Positions 1 through 7,059 of a stretch of 64,000 nt of DNA are shown one piece after another; position 1 is the first letter of the stretch, and each line of letters opens with the position of its first letter. Origin of the DNA: a virus (Duplodnaviria; Caudoviricetes); IMG/VR virus record IMGVR_UViG_3300015050_001283, positions 7,966 through 71,965 of that record; one strand, written 5' to 3'. Under the pieces are notes generated by a model, which was given only the letters and a program-made list of their open reading frames with translations, was not told where the DNA came from and did no database searches. Both the position numbers and the translations under genes were made by a program.

Positions 1-456
1 GGCGATCAGAGTGTGGATGGCGACAATCATCTTCGCTTTCTCGTCTTCGGGGATGTCCATAGCCCGAACGATCGGCTCAAGCTTCTTGAGTTCAGTCACG
101 GTGCTTGAACCCACCAAATGCGAGAGCGCGAACCGCAGCTTTGCGCGTTCCATCACGGCTCGCTCGACGAGCTCCGGCACCTTCAGCGCCAGCACGTGGT
201 CCTGGATGCTGCCATCATCGCTGGTCTTGGCGGCGACACCGAAGTTCTCGCCACACTTCACGACCAGATCCCGGTAGAATTCCTGCCCACGTGACGCCTG
301 CGCCGCCGTGCTCATCCAAGCGGCAATCCTTTTTGCGACCGCCTCAGCCAGCGCCGTGTCCATCTCGCGGTTTGAAGTCTCTGCGTCGGTCCAGCATTGA
401 GCGGCGAGCTGCCGCGCTTCCTGCATCCAGTGTTCGGGTTTATCGAGGTCGGGCAT
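1..456 (-). CDS. Hypothetical phage protein, 3'-truncated by the window edge (MPDLDKPEHWMQEARQLAAQCWTDAETSNREMDTALAEAVAKRIAAWM...)
   Basis: Translated by hand: ATG at 456 and an open frame to base 1. It is absent from the ORF track because it has no stop codon inside the window. Confidence 0.7.
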   Translation of the reverse strand, partial: MPDLDKPEHWMQEARQLAAQCWTDAETSNREMDTALAEAVAKRIAAWMSTAAQASRGQEFYRDLVVKCGENFGVAAKTSDDGSIQDHVLALKVPELVERAVMERAKLRFALSHLVGSSTVTELKKLEPIVRAMDIPEDEKAKMIVAIHTLIA

Positions 457-495
457 AGTCGCACGCTGCCCCACCGTGCCCCATGGGGTCAAGAC

Positions 496-1065
496 CTATC
501 CGGCGGTGAGCCATCCCCGGTGCAGATGCCCGTGATAGTGATGCGGGTCTTCCGGCGGCAGCGACGCAATCGACCCCGCACCAGCCACGCACGTAAGTTC
601 ACCCCTCGACGGGTAGCCCTTGTCGACGTGCACCAGCCCGGTCCGCGGATCTCCGCGCCGACACCAACAGGTATGCTCCCCGTCGTCAGGGCTCCCGCAA
701 TTACCGGCCCGGCTGTCCGGCGACCAGTGCACGCCATTCGGCAGCACGACCATCAGGGTGATTCCGTCGGCCATCGGGATGTCGTCGTGCAGCCAGTAGG
801 CGTCGAACATCGCGCCAGGCGGCAATTCGGACGCCACCAATTCCCGGCCATCCGGCAATCGATACGGTGGGCTGACGCCAGCGACCGACCAACCCTCGAT
901 CGCATGAACGGCATCCCATCCCTCCTTCTCGGTCGCAAAAGGCCCGAGCACCTGCTCCCGGTCCTCCCCGTCCCGCCAGAACCGCATGTGCGCGAGCCAG
1001 CCTTCTCCCTTCGTGCACCAGAAGCACTTCACCGGCGCGTAAGGTTTATGACCGACGAGAGGCAT
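496..1065 (-). CDS. Conserved phage hypothetical protein, Cys/His/Trp-rich (possible metal binding)
   Basis: 189-aa ORF with LPPGAMFDAYW...DSRAGNC...HTCWC...TCVAGAGSI...YHGHL, a motif set I recognise from phage hypothetical proteins. Confidence 0.7.
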   Translation of the reverse strand: MPLVGHKPYAPVKCFWCTKGEGWLAHMRFWRDGEDREQVLGPFATEKEGWDAVHAIEGWSVAGVSPPYRLPDGRELVASELPPGAMFDAYWLHDDIPMADGITLMVVLPNGVHWSPDSRAGNCGSPDDGEHTCWCRRGDPRTGLVHVDKGYPSRGELTCVAGAGSIASLPPEDPHHYHGHLHRGWLTAG

Positions 1066-1171
1066 GGTCGATACCGTGCTGCCGACAAAATCGGCGCCAC
1101 CGGAGAATCATTTTCCACTTGGGAATTTTCGGCGGCGGCATCGCCCAGGCCACAACGAGTGGTATCCACAT
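1046..1171 (-). CDS. Possible small hypothetical protein (MWIPLVVAWAMPPPK...)
   Basis: 3' part of track ORF 1046..1297; its stop overlaps the start of the next gene. Confidence 0.3.
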   Translation of the reverse strand: MWIPLVVAWAMPPPKIPKWKMILRWRRFCRQHGIDHASRRS

Positions 1172-1323
1172 GCCGTCAATCAGGCATCCGCCGGACCCCG
1201 TGTCAGTATTTTTTCCTTGCCGAAGGTAGGTCAGATCCCCATCAGTCGCCTCAGTTCTTTTTCGTTCGTCTCCGCCGCTACCGGTGACGTCAGCCAATTT
1301 CCGTTCGGGGTCAGCCCCACTTT

Positions 1324-1370
1324 GAAGCCCGGTCCCCTTGTAGCGAGGGAGCCGGGCTTCGTTCTTTTTT
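1324..1370 (+). terminator. Intrinsic terminator-like hairpin immediately upstream of tRNA-Phe
   Basis: GAAGCCCGG-TCCC...GGGA-G-CCGGGCTTC stem followed by GTTCTTTTTT. Confidence 0.6.
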
Positions 1371-1374
1371 CAAC

Positions 1375-1451
1375 GGTGAGGTAGCTCAGCTGGTAGAGCG
1401 GGGCACTGAAAATGCCTAGGTCGATGGTTCGACTCCATCCCTTCACCACCA
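1375..1451 (+). tRNA. trnF: tRNA-Phe (anticodon GAA) with encoded CCA
   Basis: Cloverleaf: acceptor GGTGAGG/CTTCACC (one extra C after the T stem), D arm GCTC-AGCTGGTA-GAGC, anticodon arm GGGCA-CTGAAAA-TGCCT, T arm GATGG-TTCGACT-CCATC, then ACCA. Confidence 0.92.
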
Positions 1452-1455
1452 TCTT

Positions 1456-1537
1456 GAGGAGACGGCAGTTCGATTCTGCTCAGGCCGCGGCCCAACGCGC
1501 GGCCCGTCGTTCAACGGGACAGGACACCTCTTTACAA
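1456..1537 (+). ncRNA. Circularly permuted tRNA-like module (3' half precedes 5' half; acceptor stem closed by a loop)
   Basis: GAGG-AGAC-[GGCAG TTCGATT CTGCT]-CAGGCCGCG-loop-CGCGGCCCG-TC-[GTTC AACGGGACA GGAC]-A-CCTC-TTTACAA; the acceptor and anticodon-stem strands pair across the two halves. Confidence 0.65.
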
Positions 1538-1539
1538 TT

Positions 1540-1640
1540 CACGCGCGGATCTCTTGCGGTCCGGACGAGCGTGCACCCAGACAGCGGGTTCTCCCCGGCG
1601 GCTGTTATCGCGCAAGCGAGTGCCGGTGGCCAATTTTTCA
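1540..1640 (+). ncRNA. Structured 3' extension of the tRNA-like module
   Basis: Nested stems CACGC/GCGTG with CGGATC/GGTCCG; ACAGC/GCTGT with GGG-TTCT-CCC; TCGC-GCAA-GCGA GNRA hairpin; ends at a T-run. Confidence 0.4.
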
Positions 1641-1705
1641 CTGTGTCCAATTCATCCCTCATCAACCTCCCTCCCGACCTCCACCTTCAAGCCCGGCTTG
1701 AGGCA

Positions 1706-1912
1706 ATGTCGAAGCTCGCCCGGGAGGAAGCCGCCACCCACCAGAAATCGGCCGATGACACCCCCAGGCACGTCGCCACGCGCTGCACTTTCCAGATCCT
1801 CGCCAACAACGCCAAGCTGGACGAGCACGAGCTCGAACTCCTGGCCCACGCTGTCGGCGCCGGCTACACCATCTCGGTCTCCCCGTCCCTCTACGAGCGG
1901 ATCTTTCCGTAA
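1706..1912 (+). CDS. Small hypothetical protein (MSKLAREEAATH...)
   Basis: 3' part of track ORF 1412..1912; ATG at 1706 is preceded by GAGG; the upstream part overlaps RNA genes. Confidence 0.5.
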   Translation: MSKLAREEAATHQKSADDTPRHVATRCTFQILANNAKLDEHELELLAHAVGAGYTISVSPSLYERIFP

Positions 1913-1957
1913 CCCACTCTCGGCCAACAATAAACTTCGGTCGTCGCTCAACGACCT

Positions 1958-2461
1958 ATGACAAGCTTCGGTCAAACCCTCCTGCGTCAATACCTCGCGC
2001 GCCTCCTCCCATTCGAGGTGCACGAGAACTTCCGCCCACCCTGGCTTGACGGGCTGGAGCTGGATTTCTGGTATCCGACCCTGAACGTCGCGTTCGAATT
2101 CCAAGGGGGGCAGCACTACGTCCCCCGCGATGGTGATCGGGCCGGCCTCCACACCCAGCGGGCGAACGACCGGCGCAAGCGCCAGATACTGGAATCCCGC
2201 GGCGTCCTCCTTATTCGAATCGACGCCATCCACCTGTGGGCCAGCGCCCTCCGCGGCCGGATCAAGGCAGTGGCCATACACCACCTTCGAACAGTGCCCG
2301 TCGCCGCCATTCGAAACTCCGAGTTCCGCCCCCTCGATCGCCAAGCCCGTGAATACCGCCTGGCGCTCCGCACCCGCTTCAACTGCCCGACCGCGCACCG
2401 CCGCGGTGGCCAACCCCGTCGGGACGCCACCCGGGCCAGATTCCCCCTTTCCAAAACGTAA
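1958..2461 (+). CDS. PD-(D/E)XK endonuclease, DUF559/Vsr-like, with Arg-rich C-terminus
   Basis: LELDFWYPTLNVAFEFQGGQHY...NDRRKRQILESRGVLLIRI motif. Confidence 0.78.
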   Translation: MTSFGQTLLRQYLARLLPFEVHENFRPPWLDGLELDFWYPTLNVAFEFQGGQHYVPRDGDRAGLHTQRANDRRKRQILESRGVLLIRIDAIHLWASALRGRIKAVAIHHLRTVPVAAIRNSEFRPLDRQAREYRLALRTRFNCPTAHRRGGQPRRDATRARFPLSKT

Positions 2462-3330
2462 CCCTCAACCACCGCCGTCCGGCGATGTAATCAGCGCCCC
2501 GCGCACCGGACACCTCGATCTCAGCACCGCCGCGCAGGCGTGTCCGGGTCGAACTCCCCCGTTGCCTCCGCTGGGCCGAAACCCAGCCGCGCTTCTGAAG
2601 GGGAGACCGGCGCCCGCCTTGACGAAACCTCAGACCCAGCGGGCTTAATCTTCGGGGGGATCTTCCCCCGGGTGATAACCGGCGGACAACATCCTGGCCA
2701 TTCGATAACCGGAGGATGCCGCCCTGTGACCGCGAACCCCGTATCCACGGGCGCCGCGCTCTCCTGCAAAACCCTCTTTCTGGGGGTGAACTGTGCCCGC
2801 TCGCCCCGCGCCTCCACAGCGCCAAGTCGGCCTTCGGCCTCGCGCAAGCACAACCCGCCCGACCCCGGAAGCTACCCGCGTATTGACGCTGAACTCGTCC
2901 GGCAAGCGTGCCCGCCAGTGCCCGAATGTTCCACGTAGAAAGGTCCCCCGAAAACGTGCCATCCATCCCTCGCGGCGGCAATTCCCCCTCTGAACGCAGC
3001 CAAACTGCCAGCCTGCGGCCCTACGCGCGCACGAGACCAAAAGTTCAGAGGGTGGGGTTATATGAAGGGGAAGGGGCACCCCCCTGGCCCCCGGAAGCCC
3101 CCCTCATCGCTCTGGCTGCCTCTCCCGGCTGTGACTTAATACGCATTTTGTCACGGACTGAAATCAAGCCTTTGACCTTGTGCCACTTGCGACAGCTGAC
3201 CCGCTCCGATTGCGACCATTTGCAGCGGGAAGAGGTCAGTTGCCAGTGACGGAAACGGCCCAGAATCATGCCATCTTGACTCTTTTACTCAAGATGCTGT
3301 GTAATCGCTTCTCGCTCAACCCCTTCCGTG
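2462..3330. other. Long non-coding, stem-rich region (candidate ncRNA, origin or packaging/terminal region)
   Basis: Only low-complexity shadow ORFs; several strong stems and G/C tracts. Confidence 0.45.
3276..3305 (+). promoter_or_regulatory. Sigma70-like promoter for the early region
   Basis: TTGACT-N18-TGTAAT upstream of the co-directional plus-strand gene run. Confidence 0.55.
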
Positions 3331-3412
3331 TGTCTTGTCTCCCAAGTGGGCAAACAAGGGAAGAGGGATGCGCTGCACTGGGTGCGCTGTGCGTCAGCCG
3401 TCCGTCTGGGGT

Positions 3413-3676
3413 ATGAACTCCAGCAACGATTCATTACCCGCGACGGCTCCGACTGTCGCGTTGCCTCCTCCCTCATATCCGGCCTGCTTTGCGGGTCTGG
3501 CGCTCGATGATGTCAACTACCGGCTCCGGCACGGTCTGGCTACGAAGGCGGACGCCGCGCAGCTGGTCGACTGGTGGAATCGGAGCGGGAAGAGGGTGAC
3601 GACCGCCACCCTGACAGAGCGGGCGGTGACGCTTGCGGGCCGTGAGATGGTCTCCCCTTGGATTTGCATCAGCTGA
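3413..3676 (+). CDS. Hypothetical early protein
   Basis: Internal ATG of track ORF 3335..3676; first ORF after the promoter. Confidence 0.55.
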   Translation: MNSSNDSLPATAPTVALPPPSYPACFAGLALDDVNYRLRHGLATKADAAQLVDWWNRSGKRVTTATLTERAVTLAGREMVSPWICIS

Positions 3677-3688
3677 CCACCTGCCGCC

Positions 3689-4108
3689 ATGAACATTCAG
3701 CAACAGATTGACGCGGTCGGGCTGGTGCCGGTGCTCCGCAACGCTGCCGCCGAGAAATGCGCGCAGGAACTCGCCGCGGTGATTCACGACAAAGCCGCCC
3801 GGCAAGCGGTCTTTGAGGCGTTCGCCAAGGCGCACCCGGACTTGAAAGCATGGGAGGCGCAAGCGCTCCGGGGCCGGGCTTTCTGCATTGCCAATGCCGC
3901 CCAGCGGGCCGCGGCTGCCAAGCCTTCCCACGTCGAGTGGGTGGGCGAGATTTACAGCGAGCTGGAGGCGCTGGGGCCGTGCACCCGGTCCGACGCGCAG
4001 GGCATTGCCGACGGTCAGCAGTTCGTGCTGGCTCAGCAGTGGGGGCTGGGCGCGACGGCGAAAGATGCCGCGGCGGCGGTCCTGAAGGCGGCGACGGTCA
4101 AGCCGTGA
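3689..4108 (+). CDS. Hypothetical early protein
   Basis: 139-aa ORF with protein-like composition in a co-directional run. Confidence 0.7.
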   Translation: MNIQQQIDAVGLVPVLRNAAAEKCAQELAAVIHDKAARQAVFEAFAKAHPDLKAWEAQALRGRAFCIANAAQRAAAAKPSHVEWVGEIYSELEALGPCTRSDAQGIADGQQFVLAQQWGLGATAKDAAAAVLKAATVKP

Positions 4109-4148
4109 GCTCTACGCGCTCCCGCTAAGCGGTGGCGCACTACAGCCC

Positions 4149-4916
4149 ATGACACCACGTCTAAAAGTTTTAGTTGCCTGCGAGTTCTCCGGGATTGTCC
4201 GGGAGGCTTTCAACCGGCTCGGCCACGACGCCACGTCGTGCGACCTGCTGCCGACGGAAATCCCCGGCGACCATATGCAGCACGACGCGCTGGACGTGCT
4301 GGAGTCCGAGGACTGGGATTTATTGATTGCCCACCCGCCTTGCACCTACCTCACAAATTCCGGCGTGCGCTGGCTGTATGGCAAGAAGGGCGGGAGCAAG
4401 GTGATTGATCCGGCGCGCTGGCAGCTGATGCTGGACGGGTGCGCGTTCTTCGCCCGGTTCTACAATTCCGGCGTGCCGCGGGTGGCGGTTGAAAATCCCG
4501 TGATGCACGGGCACGCGGTGGCGGAGCTCAAGCGGCTGGGGGTGCCGGCCTTCAGTCAGTCGGTCCAGCCTTACCAGTTCGGCCACTTGGAGACAAAGCG
4601 CACCTGTCTGTGGCTGCGCGGTCTGCCGGGTCTGGTCGAAACCGAGAACGTCGAAAAGGCCATGCGGAAGCTTCCGAAGAGCCAAACCAATCTTGTGCAC
4701 CTCGCGAGCCCCGGCCCTGACCGCTGGCTGATGCGCTCCCGCACGTATCCCGGCATTGCCGAGGCGATGGCCCATCAATGGGGCGGGCACGTCACGCACA
4801 AAACTTTCCCGGTGCTGAAGCCTGACGCACTAAGTCCGGACCTGTCCGGTACAACGCCCGCGCCTCTCGCACTGGGAACCCCTGTCAGTTCAACCCAAAC
4901 CCATAAAAACAAATGA
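4149..4916 (+). CDS. DNA cytosine-C5 methyltransferase-like protein (phage family)
   Basis: VLVACEFSG (motif I-like), DLLIAHPPC (catalytic PC), AVENP (motif VI-like), QPYQFGH...KRTCLW. Confidence 0.82.
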   Translation: MTPRLKVLVACEFSGIVREAFNRLGHDATSCDLLPTEIPGDHMQHDALDVLESEDWDLLIAHPPCTYLTNSGVRWLYGKKGGSKVIDPARWQLMLDGCAFFARFYNSGVPRVAVENPVMHGHAVAELKRLGVPAFSQSVQPYQFGHLETKRTCLWLRGLPGLVETENVEKAMRKLPKSQTNLVHLASPGPDRWLMRSRTYPGIAEAMAHQWGGHVTHKTFPVLKPDALSPDLSGTTPAPLALGTPVSSTQTHKNK

Positions 4917-5239
4917 ATACGAAATGGACGAAAGCCGAAAACGTGGCGCTAGTCGCTGCATACCTCGGAATGATGGCCAAGCACAACGCCGGCCAGAAAT
5001 TCAACAAGGCGCAAATCCGCCGGGATCTGATCGGGACCGATTCCGCAAAGGGTCCGCTTTTCTGCCGTTCTAACGGCTCAATCGAGTTTAAGCTGATGAA
5101 CGTCAGCGGATGCCTCAAGGCATTGGGCCGGCATACGCTGCCCGGCTATCAGGCTGCCATGAACTATCAAAGCGACCTGATGGCGACGGTCTGCGAAGCG
5201 CTGGACATCAAAAAGGAGAACGGAAGCGCCGCCGCCTGA
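4913..5239 (+). CDS. Stand-alone helical domain resembling the N-terminus of HNH/DUF3883 restriction endonucleases
   Basis: W...E....V..Y..M....GQKFNKA...R....RSNGSIEFKLMNVS..L..LG....PGY....NYQ pattern; no nuclease motif. Confidence 0.6.
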   Translation: MNTKWTKAENVALVAAYLGMMAKHNAGQKFNKAQIRRDLIGTDSAKGPLFCRSNGSIEFKLMNVSGCLKALGRHTLPGYQAAMNYQSDLMATVCEALDIKKENGSAAA

Positions 5240-5367
5240 TCGGCGCTGGCCTTGGCCCACCTTCTCCGGAGCTGATCCGGGGCGGGTGGTCTTAGTCCGG
5301 TGCATCCTGGCCAACACCTGGCCCCCGATTTTCAGCCGTTCGTTTAACCGTCAACCCCCTCCAGCAA

Positions 5368-5685
5368 ATGACATCTATTCACAGCCTCATCGAAGGCAAA
5401 ATGCGCTCCGGTTCGGAGCTGTCCAAGGAAGACAAAGCCCACGTTTTGCGCGCCTACGTGCACCGGTTCACGAAGGACCACCGGCCCCAATGGGCCGCGC
5501 ATATCACACAGCCGGGCGGCGCGAGTTACCCGGTGCAATTCGAGTCTGACGCCGACTGGCTGGCCAACACCCGCTTTGCGGTGACGGATTCCGGCCGGCT
5601 CGACCATCGTTTTACGGACTGCTACAGCTCGCCGACGTGGCCGGACAATCCGGAACTCCGCAAGGCGTCCACCTCCGAAACCTAA
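5368..5685 (+). CDS. Conserved phage hypothetical protein
   Basis: 105 aa; VLRAYVHRFTKDHRPQWA...QFESDADWLANTRF...SSPTWP. Confidence 0.75.
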   Translation: MTSIHSLIEGKMRSGSELSKEDKAHVLRAYVHRFTKDHRPQWAAHITQPGGASYPVQFESDADWLANTRFAVTDSGRLDHRFTDCYSSPTWPDNPELRKASTSET

Positions 5686-5768
5686 ATTTCCGTTGCTGGA
5701 CTGCTCCGCCGCTTGCCCTTGTTTTTTGGTCAGGGTGGGCGGCGGAGACAGCCGGCGGATTCCCTCTT

Positions 5769-5966
5769 ATGATCTTACGCCCTGAAACCGTCCAAATGCG
5801 TGGCGGCATTATCTCCGTAAACGGCGCGCCCTTTCTCCGGATGGCCAACACGGCACAGGCTGGCGTTTTCCTGCTCCGTCTGGGCTTCCGTGGTCACGAG
5901 GAAAACAACACCTGGCACTTTTGGAAGCCGGCGGACAAGACGCCCGCCCCCACCCCTTCAACATGA
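5769..5966 (+). CDS. Small hypothetical protein
   Basis: ATG directly after a long intergenic hairpin; ATGA overlap with the next gene. Confidence 0.55.
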   Translation: MILRPETVQMRGGIISVNGAPFLRMANTAQAGVFLLRLGFRGHEENNTWHFWKPADKTPAPTPST

Positions 5967-6154
5967 AACCGACACGCCGAGAGATCCCGCACCGCTCCGA
6001 GTTCCAGACTTCCGAAGGGCACCGCCTGGCGGTCGCTGAATGGCGCCACCGGCAAGCGGTGCGGGCTTGGCGCTGGTTCTGGTTCCGCGTGTTCCTGTGC
6101 GTCTGCTCCTTCCCGATCTGCGCCCTGTGGCTCTACGCCTGCGCCTACTGCTAA
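5963..6154 (+). CDS. Small membrane protein
   Basis: C-terminal hydrophobic/aromatic segment WFWFRVFLCVCSFPICALWLYACAYC. Confidence 0.55.
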   Translation: MKPTRREIPHRSEFQTSEGHRLAVAEWRHRQAVRAWRWFWFRVFLCVCSFPICALWLYACAYC

Positions 6155-6185
6155 CTTTTCAGCCCATCGTTTAACGTATCCAGCA

Positions 6186-6512
6186 ATGAAAATTAAGCCT
6201 ATTCAATTCGTCATTACGAAGAGCGGCCAGAGTGCCGCCCTTCTCGAAGTCCTCGCCGTGGACAAGCTCCCGATCCGTCTGCATATCAAATCCGACAGCC
6301 ACCCCAGCCAGTCGCACGCCTATATTGAAACATGGGACGAAACCGCGAAGAAGTGGCACGACCTCGGCGCCGTTCCCTTTCAGGCGATGAAGACGCCGCA
6401 CGGGCTGGCCTACGTTCCCCGCGAGGTTGTCGCGGCTGACTTCAAGCAGGACCGCGCCGAACTGCTCCGCATCGCGGGCGCCATCCTCAACTTGCCGGAG
6501 CGCCTGACATGA
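6186..6512 (+). CDS. Hypothetical protein
   Basis: 108-aa ORF translationally coupled to the next gene. Confidence 0.7.
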   Translation: MKIKPIQFVITKSGQSAALLEVLAVDKLPIRLHIKSDSHPSQSHAYIETWDETAKKWHDLGAVPFQAMKTPHGLAYVPREVVAADFKQDRAELLRIAGAILNLPERLT

Positions 6513-7048
6513 ATAAAAACGCCGTCCATTTCTCCAGCGCCTCCGATGAGTGGCGCACACCGCCGGACCTATTCGCCGCGCTCGACAAGGAATTTTCCTT
6601 TAACCTCGACGCCGCCAGCGATGACGCAAACGCGCTTTGCGTGCGTCACTTCACAGCCCAGCAGGACGCGCTCGCCCAAGACTGGAAAGCCGCGGCCATT
6701 CAGAAACCCACGGGCAACCAGATTCACAACCCCGGCGCGGTGTGGCTTAATCCGCCATACTCGCGCGGCCTCCAGGCTCGATTCCTTCAGAAAGCCCGCG
6801 ACGAATCCGCCAAATTCCGCGGCCCGGTTGTCTGCTGTCTCATCCCAGCGCGTCCGGATACCCTGATATGGCACAAGACAATTTTCCCGTGCGCCTCGGA
6901 AATTCGATTCCTCAAGGGCCGGGTGCGCTTTGTCGGCGCGCCTGCCTCCGCTCCCTTCCCTTCTGCCGTCGTCATCTTCGGACAGGACAACACGCGCCAG
7001 AAGGTCGGCGGCTGGGACTGGAAGAGCGGCCAACCCTTTAACCCCTGA
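6509..7048 (+). CDS. dam: Phage DNA N6-adenine methyltransferase (Dam family)
   Basis: DEWRTP..F..L..EF.F.LDAA, VWLNPPY (motif IV), LIPARPDT..WH, EIRFLKGRVRF, APFPSAVVIF. Confidence 0.9.
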   Translation: MNKNAVHFSSASDEWRTPPDLFAALDKEFSFNLDAASDDANALCVRHFTAQQDALAQDWKAAAIQKPTGNQIHNPGAVWLNPPYSRGLQARFLQKARDESAKFRGPVVCCLIPARPDTLIWHKTIFPCASEIRFLKGRVRFVGAPASAPFPSAVVIFGQDNTRQKVGGWDWKSGQPFNP

Positions 7049-7059
7049 TTTTTTAACCC

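Noticed and set aside
1452-1640. Two-piece tmRNA
   Set aside because: It has a full D-stem, no G3:U70 pair, no encoded CCA and no recognisable resume codon or tag peptide
1412-1705. N-terminal part of track ORF 1412..1912
   Set aside because: It overlaps tRNA-Phe and the tRNA-like RNA; ATG 1706 has a GAGG leader and is the more plausible start
2379-3079. Arg/Gly-rich ORFs across the non-coding tract (2379..2981, 2540..2938, 2645..3079)
   Set aside because: Low-complexity GC-driven frames with no motifs, overlapping on both strands
2462-3100. RNase P RNA, group I/II intron or SRP RNA
   Set aside because: No GAGGAAAGUCC, no group II domain V and no SRP GGAAGGAAGCAG motif seen; GTTCAGAG at 3043 only partly resembles group I R, and no S element follows
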